Part shown: piece after piece, positions 34,702 to 43,678 of the stretch
Layout of the letters: each line of letters starts with the position of its first letter
How positions within the stretch are numbered: position 1 is the first letter of the stretch
NCBI GenBank assembly: GCA_017445245.1
Contig: JAFSUM010000024.1
Location: 2,191 to 66,190 of the forward strand
DNA: 64,000 nt
DNA from: Bacilli bacterium
GTDB lineage: Bacteria > Bacillota_I > Bacilli_A > RFN20 > CAG-826
Reading direction: 5' to 3'
Translations under genes and position numbers: made by a program
Notes under the pieces: generated by a model
The model's database searches: none
What the model saw: only the letters and a program-made list of their open reading frames with translations
Told to the model about the DNA's origin: nothing

Positions 34702-35118
34702 ATGAACTGCTATATCAAACCCGGTAATCGTACCATCCTCGATCCGTTCTTCGAGGCGATCTTCGACGGTAATAAGGAGGAGAACTTCGGCCTCCTCCAA
34801 ATGAAGACCAATGTCCTCGAAAGCGAGAAAGGCTATCGTCTTCTCGTCGAACTCCCCGGCTTCAAGAAAGAGGATATCGATCTAAGCTTCGATGACGGCT
34901 ATCTGACCATTGCCGTCAAAACTCCCGAAGAACCTAAGGAAGACGAATTCAAGACCATCCACCGCGAACGCTTCTATGGTGAAGCCAACCGCCGTTACTA
35001 TCTCGGCGAAATCGACGAAAAAGGCATTACGGCCTCTTTCGAAAACGGCGTCTTGAAGATCGAGGCCCCCAAGCTTCTCCCTGAGGAGACGAAGCCGACC
35101 AAGATCCAAATCATGTAA
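34702..35118 (+). CDS. Hsp20/alpha-crystallin family small heat-shock protein
   Basis: 138 aa. Alpha-crystallin domain (YRLLVELPGFKKEDIDLSFDDGYLTI ... GVLKIEAPK). Start at ATG 34702, 7 nt after AAAGGAG. The ORF-track GTG 34675 lies inside CIRCE-2. Confidence 0.9.
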   Translation: MNCYIKPGNRTILDPFFEAIFDGNKEENFGLLQMKTNVLESEKGYRLLVELPGFKKEDIDLSFDDGYLTIAVKTPEEPKEDEFKTIHRERFYGEANRRYYLGEIDEKGITASFENGVLKIEAPKLLPEETKPTKIQIM

Positions 35119-35142
35119 CCCATTTCCCCACCTCCCTTTTGG

Positions 35143-35177
35143 GGCGGCGCGCCTTCGGGCTCGTCGCCTTTTTCTTT
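35143..35177 (+). terminator. intrinsic terminator after hsp20
   Basis: GGCGGCGCGCC-ttcg-GGCTCGTCGCC (9 of 11 positions paired) followed by TTTTTCTTT. Confidence 0.55.
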
Positions 35178-35224
35178 ACATGCGCGAGGAGACTTCATAA
35201 AATGTATATACCCCCCGGGGGTAT
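35175..35224 (+). promoter_or_regulatory. copA promoter with GC-rich inverted repeat (candidate CsoR operator)
   Basis: TTTACA (35175-35180), 17 nt, TAAAAT (35198-35203). Inverted repeat ATACCCCC-c-GGGGGTAT at 35208-35224 covers the predicted transcription start, 5 nt before ATG 35230. Confidence 0.55.
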
Positions 35225-35229
35225 TAGGA

Positions 35230-37551
35230 ATGAAGAAGAAATACGAAGTCAGTGGAATGATGTGCGCCGCCTGCCAGGCCAATGTGACACGAGCCGTTTC
35301 GAAGCTCGATGGCGTTTCTCACGTCAACGTTTCATTGCTTGGGAAGAACATGGTCGTCGACTTCGATGAGTCCAGAATCGACGATTCTACGATCGTAGGA
35401 GCGGTTGAGTCTGCGGGCTATGGCTGCGCAGTTTTCGTGAATGAAACCATCGCAAATCTAAACAAAAAAAGAGAGCAGATTTTGAGGAAAACGCGCAAAA
35501 AGCTGATTTTAAGTTTAATTTTCCTTGTTCTGTTGATGGTTTTTTCAATGGGACCGATGATTCCGTTTTTCATGGAAAAAATCGATGCCTCGCCCTATGG
35601 TTCCCTCGTTTGCATTCTTAATGTGACTGCCCAGATCGTCTTCCTGGTCCCCATCTTAGTTTTAAACATTCACCACTATGTCTCGGGCTACCGATCCTTG
35701 GCCAAGGGACATCCCAACATGCAAACTTTGGTGGCCCTAGGTTCCACGGTTTCGATCATCTATGGCCTCTATATCTTCATCATGATGATTCTAGCCCATC
35801 TTCGCGGCGACTCGATGGCGGTCATGGCTTATTCCATGAACATCTATTTCGAATCCGCGGCGATGATTCCGGTCTTCATTTCTCTTGGAAAATATTTCGA
35901 GGCCAAGGCCACCAACAAGACCACGTCTTCTATTGCTTCGATGATGGCCTTAGTTCCGGAGACCGCCATTGTGTATCGCGATGGCGTTGAAATTGAAGTT
36001 CAAACCGAAGAAATCAATCTCGACGACATCGTTGTTGTCAAACCGGGCATGGCGATTCCAGTCGACGGGGAAATCGTCTTTGGCTATGGTTCAATCGATG
36101 AATCTGCGATTTCGGGAGAGTCTCTGCCCATTTATAAACAGGTCGGCGATAAGGTAATCGGCGGCACGGTGAATCAGGAGAGTTCCTTCCGTTTCCGCGT
36201 GACCTCCGTCGGTAAAGATACGACCTTGGCCAAGATTATTTCCTTGGTCGAAGAAGCCAGCGAATCCAAGGCCCCAATTGCCCGTCTGGCGGATCGAATT
36301 TCCTCCGTCTTCGTTCCTGTCGTCATTTTGATTTCTTTGTTCACGTTCGGGCTATGGATGCTCTTAACCGGACTAGGGGTAGCAGGGGAAGCGAGACCCG
36401 ATTGGAACCTTAGTATTCAGCTTGCCGTCTCCGTCATGGTTATTTCCTGCCCCTGTGCGCTTGGTTTGGCCACCCCTGTTGCCATTATGGTCGGAACGGG
36501 AAAAGGCGCGGAAAACGGTATTTTGATCAAGTCTGCCGAAGCGTTTGAAACGGCTTGCAAGGTCGACTGTGTCTTGTTCGATAAGACGGGGACGTTGACC
36601 AAAGGAGAAATGAAACTTCATTCCATCGTTTGCTTTGGCGAAACGGAAGATGCGCTTTTGACAAAAGTCGCCTCCGTAGAAGCCTTATCCGAACACCCTT
36701 TGTCCGTCGCTATCGTCAAAGAAGCCAAAGCCCGAAACTTGGCCCTTCTTCCGTGTGAAGACTTCGTCCCCATCCCCGGAAAAGGCGTAAAGGGCAACGG
36801 GCTCATCATTGGAAATCGTTCTCTTTTAAAGGAGAATTGCGTAGATGTGTCCTCAAAGGAAGAGGTTTTTGAGGAACTTTCTAGTGTGGGCAACACCGTT
36901 TTATATGTGGCGGAAGGAAAACGTATCCTCGCCTTGCTTGCCATAGGCGATGAGATTAAAGAAAGCGCAGAAAAAGCCATCAGAGAACTTCACGAAAAGG
37001 GTATCCGCGTTGCGATGGTGACAGGGGATAACCGCGTTACCGCGAATGCGATTGCTGCCCGTTTAGGGTTGGATGATGTCTATTCCGAGGTCGTCCCAGA
37101 GGATAAAGAACGCATCGTTTCTGAACTAAAGGCAAAGGGGCACCGTGTGTGCTTTGTGGGCGATGGAATTAACGATGCGCCCGCGCTTACTTCTGCCGAT
37201 GTCGGCATTGCGATTGGGGCAGGCACCGAAATCGCCATCGAATCGAGCGACATCATCTTGGCCAATAACGATCCTAGCGACGTTGTATTTACCTTAAAGC
37301 TAAGCAAACGCGTCGTGCGTAACGTTAAGCAAAACCTCGCTTGGGCGTTCTTCTATAACGCCATCTTAATTCCGCTTGCAGCAGGGGCGTTTTATGCCAT
37401 CACGGTCACGCCCAACTGGTTTACGGGTTCGCAATCTCATCTCGTCCTTACCCCGATGATCGGCTCGATTGCGATGTCGCTTTCTTCTGTTACCGTCGTC
37501 TTGAACGCGCTGCGCTTAAGACGGATTAAAAAGAATCCAAAGGAGGAATAA
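35230..37551 (+). CDS. copA: copper-translocating P1B-type ATPase
   Basis: 773 aa. N-terminal HMA domain GMMCAACQ, TM CPC motif (SCPCALG), phosphorylation site DKTGTLT, hinge GDGINDAP. Confidence 0.95.
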   Translation: MKKKYEVSGMMCAACQANVTRAVSKLDGVSHVNVSLLGKNMVVDFDESRIDDSTIVGAVESAGYGCAVFVNETIANLNKKREQILRKTRKKLILSLIFLVLLMVFSMGPMIPFFMEKIDASPYGSLVCILNVTAQIVFLVPILVLNIHHYVSGYRSLAKGHPNMQTLVALGSTVSIIYGLYIFIMMILAHLRGDSMAVMAYSMNIYFESAAMIPVFISLGKYFEAKATNKTTSSIASMMALVPETAIVYRDGVEIEVQTEEINLDDIVVVKPGMAIPVDGEIVFGYGSIDESAISGESLPIYKQVGDKVIGGTVNQESSFRFRVTSVGKDTTLAKIISLVEEASESKAPIARLADRISSVFVPVVILISLFTFGLWMLLTGLGVAGEARPDWNLSIQLAVSVMVISCPCALGLATPVAIMVGTGKGAENGILIKSAEAFETACKVDCVLFDKTGTLTKGEMKLHSIVCFGETEDALLTKVASVEALSEHPLSVAIVKEAKARNLALLPCEDFVPIPGKGVKGNGLIIGNRSLLKENCVDVSSKEEVFEELSSVGNTVLYVAEGKRILALLAIGDEIKESAEKAIRELHEKGIRVAMVTGDNRVTANAIAARLGLDDVYSEVVPEDKERIVSELKAKGHRVCFVGDGINDAPALTSADVGIAIGAGTEIAIESSDIILANNDPSDVVFTLKLSKRVVRNVKQNLAWAFFYNAILIPLAAGAFYAITVTPNWFTGSQSHLVLTPMIGSIAMSLSSVTVVLNALRLRRIKKNPKEE

Positions 37552-37553
37552 TC

Positions 37554-37775
37554 ATGTTTGGATCGAAAAAACAAACCGTCCTTGTCGAGGGCATGATGTG
37601 CCAGCACTGCGCCGCCCACGTCAAAGAAGCTCTCGAAAAGCTCGATGGCGTGGCCGATGCCAAAGTCGACCTCAAAGGAAAATGCGTCGAAGTGAAGGTC
37701 AAAGGCGAGGTTGCCGAAGAAGCTTATCGCAAAGCCATTGAAGACGCCGGCTACAAGTTCGTGGGAGTCCGCTAA
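37554..37775 (+). CDS. copZ: copper chaperone CopZ (HMA domain)
   Basis: 73 aa. GMMCQHC metal-binding motif. Confidence 0.9.
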   Translation: MFGSKKQTVLVEGMMCQHCAAHVKEALEKLDGVADAKVDLKGKCVEVKVKGEVAEEAYRKAIEDAGYKFVGVR

Positions 37776-38038
37776 TGCGCGCCGATCACGCGAAAGTAAC
37801 GCACCAGCTTAAAATCGCCCGCGGCCAAATCGACGGCCTTTTGGCGATGGTGGAAAACGATGCTTACTGCATCGATGTTTCCAATCAGCTTTTAGCGACG
37901 ATTGCCATTCTTAAAAGAGTGAATGCCGAAGTGATTTCGGCCCACTTGGAACACTGTGTCAAAGAAGCAAAAGGCGATGAAGAAATCGACGCTAAGATCG
38001 CCGAAGTCCGCGCGTTGATGAAACGCCTGATGGACTAA
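37775..38038 (+). CDS. csoR: CsoR-family metal-sensing transcriptional repressor
   Basis: 87 aa. CsoR-type ligand pattern: Cys in YCIDVSNQ plus HLEHC. TAATG overlap with copZ. Confidence 0.85.
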   Translation: MRADHAKVTHQLKIARGQIDGLLAMVENDAYCIDVSNQLLATIAILKRVNAEVISAHLEHCVKEAKGDEEIDAKIAEVRALMKRLMD

Positions 38039-39219
38039 AGAAGATTCATGATGGCAATGACCTCTTCCTGGAGGCCGCCCGCGATAACGAGCTGGCCATT
38101 ATGGATGTGGAGGTCTGTTTCGCTGCGCATCCCGAAGTCGGGAGCGTAGATACCTGGCTCGTCAGAAAACGAAGTGTTTTCTAATAGGAGTCGGGTGTCG
38201 TGGGATTCGTAATTGTCGAGATTCGCGCCAGGACCATGGGGCGAAACGCCGTCCGCGATATTATGTCCGAGGCGGTGGAGAAAGTATTTGCCATAGCCGC
38301 GTTCCGCGATATATTGCCGCGCCGCATCGTCCGCTTCGAAAGCGTGGACGGGTCGTAACGGCAATTCTTTTTGCAAGAAGGATATTGCGGCGTCTCTAGC
38401 CCCTTTGACGATGGCGAATCGTTCTTGGTATTCCTTAGGAACCTCCTTACCCACATAACCCATCCAGGTGATGTCTGCATAGACGCTTCCGGGCTCTTTG
38501 TACTTGGCCCACATATCGACGAGGACGAGGTCGCCCTCTTTGATACTAGAGTGTGCCTGTTCGGTCGGGGTGTAGTGAGGGTCGGATGCGTTAGGTCCAA
38601 TCGCGACCAGCGGCGGCTCGTCATAGACCATGCCTTCTTCGTCAAAGCGATGGGCTATATAACGCTGGATTTCTAGTTCGTCTGAGATGCCGTTTTGCTG
38701 GATTTTTAAAGCGATAAGGCGAAAGGCCTCATCTTTGATTTTCAAACACGTTTTGCACGCTTTTAATTGCGATTGCAGGGATTCTTCGCTTAAAACCGCG
38801 GTCATATATTGCTGCAAATCCCCGGAAGATGCGATTTCGATGCCTAAGGATGAAACGAAGGATACAGAGCCATGGTCTGCAAGGGAAATACGCGGCAGCA
38901 AACCGCTCTCGGATACATCCATCAAGACTTTCTTATATGAGGCGAAAGATTGCCGTTCCAAGTCCAGCATCTCTTGCCAAGTCTGATAGATGCGCAGATC
39001 GAATTGGTCCTCGATGTCATGGAGATAGATTGTGTCAATGCGATGAACGATAAGGTAGGGCTTTCCCGCTTTGGGAAGCACTAGGAAGATCTTGCGGGTC
39101 AGCATTCGGCTTCCCAAAAGCTTAACGAGAGTTGGGTTTTGATTCTCGTAGTCGACGATGATCCAGGCGTCCGCGCCTAGAAGTTTTATTTTGGATTGGA
39201 TTTCTTGAACGGTTAACAT
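38035..39219 (-). CDS. M24-family Xaa-Pro aminopeptidase/dipeptidase
   Basis: Creatinase-like N-domain plus pita-bread C-domain with metal ligands (LVDMWA...DIT, HRLGHNI, SDEPGIY, SETD). Start set at ATG 39219 (MLTVQ...), preceded by TACAAT-N6. The ORF-track GTG 39225 lies within that spacer. Confidence 0.85.
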   Translation of the reverse strand: MLTVQEIQSKIKLLGADAWIIVDYENQNPTLVKLLGSRMLTRKIFLVLPKAGKPYLIVHRIDTIYLHDIEDQFDLRIYQTWQEMLDLERQSFASYKKVLMDVSESGLLPRISLADHGSVSFVSSLGIEIASSGDLQQYMTAVLSEESLQSQLKACKTCLKIKDEAFRLIALKIQQNGISDELEIQRYIAHRFDEEGMVYDEPPLVAIGPNASDPHYTPTEQAHSSIKEGDLVLVDMWAKYKEPGSVYADITWMGYVGKEVPKEYQERFAIVKGARDAAISFLQKELPLRPVHAFEADDAARQYIAERGYGKYFLHRLGHNIADGVSPHGPGANLDNYESHDTRLLLENTSFSDEPGIYAPDFGMRSETDLHIHNGQLVIAGGLQEEVIAIMNLL

Positions 39220-39231
39220 GGCCACATTGTA
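39219..39231 (-). promoter_or_regulatory. putative -10 box placed for a leaderless M24 peptidase mRNA
   Basis: Minus strand reads TACAAT (39231-39226), 6 nt gtggcc, ATG (39219). No SD. Confidence 0.35.
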
Positions 39232-39297
39232 AACCTAAATCGGGGAAGGGAAAGTAGCCCCTTTCTTTATATAAAGAAGCAAATCGACGTAACGACC

Positions 39298-39315
39298 TGT
39301 TAGAATATGACCATG
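39298..39315 (+). promoter_or_regulatory. putative extended -10 promoter placed for a leaderless GH2 mRNA
   Basis: TGtTAGAAT (39298-39306), 6 nt atgacc, ATG 39313. The ORF-track ATG 39307 abuts the -10 box and so would not be transcribed from it. Confidence 0.35.
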
Positions 39316-41043
39316 TTCACCTACGAAGGGAAGCGCGTCGACAAAAATAACCCCCTTGCCGAATATCCAACCCCTCAATTCGCAAGGGACAGTTATCTTT
39401 CGCTTAATGGCGAGTGGGATTTCCACGTCGACCAATCATTAGGCAACCACTCCTTTTATCCGCGACATATCACCGTCCCCTTTGCGGTCGAAACCGTTTT
39501 GTCGGGATACGAGCATCGCATCACAAAACACGACGTCCTCCATTATCGACGCAAGTTTTCCTTGCCCGCCGGTTTCTTGAAAAAGCGTGTCTTGCTCCAT
39601 TTCGAAGCGGTAGATCAACGCTGCGACGTCTACCTAAACGGGGTTCGCGTCGTACATCACGAAGGCGGATATTTGCCTTTTACGGTAGATTGCCTTGAGC
39701 TGAAAGACGGGGAGAACGAGCTCCTCGTGGACGTGCAAGACGACGTGGAATCTCCTGCGTTCCCCCGTGGCAAGCAGGCGAAGTCTTCCTCGGGAATCTG
39801 GTATACCGGGACTTCGGGCATCTGGGGTTCGGTCTGGCTGGAATCCGTTCCAAATGAGGTCATCCAATCGATTCGTATCGATCCGGATTACGATCAGAAG
39901 AAAGTCCGCATTCGCGCGACCTTCGAAGGCCGGCCAACTTCTTCTTCGCTACAGATATATCATGCGGGCCAACTCGTCGGCTCTGGCGTCTTGGACGAAA
40001 ACCTCTCCTGTGAGATTGATTTAAGTCACCATTTCTTTTCATGGTCGCCCGAACGCCCCGACTTATATGACGTCATCCTTCGAATCAATGAGGACGAAAT
40101 CAAAAGCTATTTCGGCATGCGGAAATTCTCTTCGGTTCTTTTTAATGGGCATAAGGTTTTCGCTTTGAATAACAAACCCTATTTTCTCTCGGGCCTATTA
40201 GACCAGGGTTACTGGCCTGACGGCGGTCTAACCCCTCCGACCGATGCGGCGATGATTAACGACATCGAGGCCGCCAAAGAACTTGGGTTCAATATGCTCC
40301 GTAAACACATCAAAATCGAGCCTATGCGCTGGTACTACCATTGCGACCGACTCGGAATGATTGTCATTCAGGATTTCATTAATGGCGGCGATAAATACAA
40401 AGCGCGCTACATCGCCTTGGCTCCGTTTTTCGATTTCCATTTTAAGGACACAGAGCACCTTTCTCGCTTTGGCAGCGCCTCTAGGGAATGGCGGCAGCGT
40501 TTCGAGGCGGACATGGAACCAATCGTCGCACGCCTATATAACGTTACCTCCATCGCCGCGTGGACATTATTCAATGAGGGGTGGGGGCAATTTGAATCCG
40601 TCCGCTTGACCGCCCGCCTTCGCGAACTCGACCCACACCGTCTCATCGATTCGACGTCGGGCTGGCATGATCAGGGCGCTGGTGACTTCTGCTCCAAGCA
40701 CATCTACTTTAAGAAGATTCGTATGCAACCATCGGAAGACCGAATTCTTTCTCTTTCTGAATTTGGCGGATACGTGCATGCGGTCGAAGGGCATTCCACG
40801 AAGGGCAAAGGCGTGTTCTATGCCCGAAAGAAAGACCTTAACGCTGCATTAGTCGATTTATATGAGAACCAAGTCGTGCCGGCGCTTTCCCAAGGCCTTT
40901 CCGTCTCCGTCTTGACCCAACTTACCGATGTGGAACAAGAACTTAACGGCCTGCTGACCTATGACCGGAAAGTGGTCAAAGTGGATAAGGAGACCATGCG
41001 TGGCCTCAACGCGAAATTGAGAATCGGAGGAAGCAAAGAATGA
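39313..41043 (+). CDS. glycoside hydrolase family 2 protein (beta-galactosidase/glucuronidase/mannosidase-like), cytoplasmic
   Basis: About 576 aa. GH2 sugar-binding N-domain, TIM barrel with acid/base NEGWG and a nucleophile region SEFGG. No signal peptide. Confidence 0.8.
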   Translation: MFTYEGKRVDKNNPLAEYPTPQFARDSYLSLNGEWDFHVDQSLGNHSFYPRHITVPFAVETVLSGYEHRITKHDVLHYRRKFSLPAGFLKKRVLLHFEAVDQRCDVYLNGVRVVHHEGGYLPFTVDCLELKDGENELLVDVQDDVESPAFPRGKQAKSSSGIWYTGTSGIWGSVWLESVPNEVIQSIRIDPDYDQKKVRIRATFEGRPTSSSLQIYHAGQLVGSGVLDENLSCEIDLSHHFFSWSPERPDLYDVILRINEDEIKSYFGMRKFSSVLFNGHKVFALNNKPYFLSGLLDQGYWPDGGLTPPTDAAMINDIEAAKELGFNMLRKHIKIEPMRWYYHCDRLGMIVIQDFINGGDKYKARYIALAPFFDFHFKDTEHLSRFGSASREWRQRFEADMEPIVARLYNVTSIAAWTLFNEGWGQFESVRLTARLRELDPHRLIDSTSGWHDQGAGDFCSKHIYFKKIRMQPSEDRILSLSEFGGYVHAVEGHSTKGKGVFYARKKDLNAALVDLYENQVVPALSQGLSVSVLTQLTDVEQELNGLLTYDRKVVKVDKETMRGLNAKLRIGGSKE

Positions 41044-41816
41044 TCAAAGCGGTTTTCTTCGACGTGGACAACACCCTATATGATTGGCCGACGCGGCAAT
41101 GGATTCCGTCGACCTTCAAAGCCATCAAGGTGATGCAAGAACGCGGGGTCAAAGCCTTCATTTGCACCGCGCGGCCCTATGCGAGTTTCAAGGAATTCGG
41201 CGGATTCGATCTAGGGATTCATTGGAATGGAATCATCGCCTCTTGCGGGGCTTATGTCAGTTTGGGAAACCGCGTTTTGCGCTTTTTGACAATGAACCCG
41301 CAAAACGTAAGAAAACTCTGCAAAATCGCCACGCGCAATTCGTTAACGATGGAACTGGTCACTGCAAAAACCCGTTATCTCATCGCGCCGGGCAATACTT
41401 TTTTGGAAAACTATCACGGTACATATAGCGATACCGTTCCACCCGTTCACCGATATCGTGGGGAGGGGGTCAGCGGGGCTCTTTTGTTCGCACCGGAAGA
41501 ATACGACCACCTCTTCAAGAACGAGTTGCCTGAGCTTTCCTATTTCCGTTTCCACGATTGTGGCGTCGATATCAGCGAGGTCGAACACCTCAAAGGCGAG
41601 GGCATGGCCTTCCTTATGAAAGAATTGGGCCTAACTAAAGACGAGGTGCTTTCGTTCGGGGACGACCTTCAGGATATCCCGATGGGGGAAAGCTCGACTT
41701 TCATCTGCGTCGGTAACGGCAAGGAAGAAGTCAAAGCCGCCGCCGATTACGTTTGTCCGCCGATCGTCGACAACGGCATTGAGTTCGCGTTGCGAAAATA
41801 TGGGGTGATCGAATAA
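41040..41816 (+). CDS. Cof-type HAD-IIB (sugar) phosphatase
   Basis: 258 aa. FFDVDNTLY motif I and GDDLQD motif IV. ATGA overlap with the GH2 gene. Confidence 0.85.
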   Translation: MIKAVFFDVDNTLYDWPTRQWIPSTFKAIKVMQERGVKAFICTARPYASFKEFGGFDLGIHWNGIIASCGAYVSLGNRVLRFLTMNPQNVRKLCKIATRNSLTMELVTAKTRYLIAPGNTFLENYHGTYSDTVPPVHRYRGEGVSGALLFAPEEYDHLFKNELPELSYFRFHDCGVDISEVEHLKGEGMAFLMKELGLTKDEVLSFGDDLQDIPMGESSTFICVGNGKEEVKAAADYVCPPIVDNGIEFALRKYGVIE

Positions 41817-42730
41817 TGATGAAAGTCAGTGCGCTAGGTCTAAAAATCCTTTTTGCCGGGTGGGCCAAACACGATAAACACATTCATCGCGATTGGCCGG
41901 ACCTTAAGAATTACGAGATTCGAAAAGATGTCGATGCCTTAGGAGATGGTGTTCACGACCATCAGTTCGACATCTTCTACGCCCCTAAGGAAAAGCGGCT
42001 TGGGAAAACCCTAATAGACATTCATGGCGGTGCCTATATCTATAGCTACCGCGAGAACAACTATGGTTATGCCTCCGTTTTCGCTGACGCGGGATACGAT
42101 GTCGTGCTCCTTGATTACCCTCATAACTCAAAGAAGCAGGGGGCCGACGAACAAATCCGCGTGTTGGCAAAACAATTGGCCTTTTTAGCGACCCATGCAT
42201 CGGAATTAGAGCTAGACGGAAGCGAGTTTGGCCTAATTGGCGATTCGGCTGGAGGCCATTTTGCTCTTCTGTTTGCCGAGGCTTTCTGCGACCCGAACAT
42301 TCAAAAAGAACTTGGTATCGATTTGGGCGGGATCCGCTTCAACGGCGTTGCGGTGAGCAGCCCTGTTTATGATTACCTTTCCGCCGCGCATACCGATGGC
42401 CTATCCGTTAGCGGCAAGAAATACATGTTCGGCCCAAACTACAAAGACGATGAGTTCATTAAGCGCCTTTCCCCAAAAACATATATTGAGTCCCTTTCGC
42501 TTCCTTTGTTCATCAACGGCTGCCGTCACGACTTTATTGGGGAGCAACCTTTGATGCTTCGCGAAGAGTTAAAGAAACTCGGCCGCGATTTCACTTGGTG
42601 TTTCATCGATGCCGAGGATAATTACGTGGATCACGTTCATAACGTGACGAAGATTTCGCTGCCTGAGTCAAGGCGGGTCAACGACGCGATTCTCGCCTTC
42701 TTTGGCCCTTTATTTGGCAAAGCAAAATAA
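41816..42730 (+). CDS. alpha/beta hydrolase, hormone-sensitive-lipase-type esterase
   Basis: 304 aa. Oxyanion HGGAY and nucleophile elbow GDSAGG. Start overlaps the HAD gene stop. Confidence 0.8.
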   Translation: MMKVSALGLKILFAGWAKHDKHIHRDWPDLKNYEIRKDVDALGDGVHDHQFDIFYAPKEKRLGKTLIDIHGGAYIYSYRENNYGYASVFADAGYDVVLLDYPHNSKKQGADEQIRVLAKQLAFLATHASELELDGSEFGLIGDSAGGHFALLFAEAFCDPNIQKELGIDLGGIRFNGVAVSSPVYDYLSAAHTDGLSVSGKKYMFGPNYKDDEFIKRLSPKTYIESLSLPLFINGCRHDFIGEQPLMLREELKKLGRDFTWCFIDAEDNYVDHVHNVTKISLPESRRVNDAILAFFGPLFGKAK

Positions 42731-42796
42731 ACTCGTTAAACAAAATTGACGAAAGTCTTTGTGCTTTCTCGTTGAGAAAGATACCATTTTCTAGGC

Positions 42797-43678
42797 ATGG
42801 AAAACGAGAAACACATCAAAGATGTAGCATTGGTTCTCCAAGGCGGTGGCGCCCGCGGCGCTTTTACGGCTGGTGTTTTGGACGTTTTTATGGAACATGG
42901 TCTCGTTTTTCCCTACGTCATCGGCACCTCTGCCGGAGCTTTAAATGCCGTGAACTATGTTTCGGGTGATATCGGCCGTAGCAAGAAAGTGACCACCGAA
43001 GTCATGTTCGATAAGAAATTCCGCTCGCTTCGCAACATGATCTTCCGCGGCGGCGCGTTCGACTTCGGATATTTGTTCCACACGCTTCCTAAGACTACGC
43101 TGCCCTTCAACTCCGCCAAATACAACGCCTCTACCTGCCGCTTCATCTGCGTCGCGACTTCTTTGGAGACGGGCGAAGTCGCCTATTTCCAAAAAGGCGA
43201 ATGCAAAGAGTTTTATAAAGCCCTCGCCGCATCTGCCTCTTTGCCGCTTATTTCCCGTCCCGTTCGCGTCCTTGGGAAGAAGTATCTCGATGGCGGCGTG
43301 GTCGCCCCCGTCCCGTATAGAAAGCCCATCGAAGACGGATTCGAAAAGACCCTTATTGTCATGACTCGTCCCCGTGGGTATCGCCGCGGGAAGGCCGGCA
43401 AGCTTACCGGCTTCCTCGGCTGGTTGCTCTACCGCCACAAGAAGGCGTTTTATGCGAGCTATAAGAAATCGAACGACTTTTATAACGAAGACTACATCGA
43501 GGGGGAACGTCTAGAATCCGAAGGGAAGGCCATCGTCATCTATCCGCCTGAATCCATTCACGTAGGCAGGATGGAAAAACATGTTGAAAACCTCGAAGCG
43601 CTTTACCAGGCCGGGCGCGAGGCCGCTACCGAAAAATGGGCCGAAATCGAAAAGTTCGTGGGGATTTTGCATGAATAA
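42797..43678 (+). CDS. patatin-like phospholipase
   Basis: 293 aa. GGGARGAF oxyanion loop, GTSAGA nucleophile, DGGV catalytic Asp. Confidence 0.85.
   Translation: MENEKHIKDVALVLQGGGARGAFTAGVLDVFMEHGLVFPYVIGTSAGALNAVNYVSGDIGRSKKVTTEVMFDKKFRSLRNMIFRGGAFDFGYLFHTLPKTTLPFNSAKYNASTCRFICVATSLETGEVAYFQKGECKEFYKALAASASLPLISRPVRVLGKKYLDGGVVAPVPYRKPIEDGFEKTLIVMTRPRGYRRGKAGKLTGFLGWLLYRHKKAFYASYKKSNDFYNEDYIEGERLESEGKAIVIYPPESIHVGRMEKHVENLEALYQAGREAATEKWAEIEKFVGILHE

Noticed and set aside
42746-42780. TTGACG box and CTTTCTC-gtt-GAGAAAG hairpin upstream of the patatin gene as promoter/terminator
   Set aside because: No acceptable -10 hexamer lies 16-18 nt from the TTGACG. The 7-bp hairpin has a 3-nt loop and no clear T-run. 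Too weak to call.
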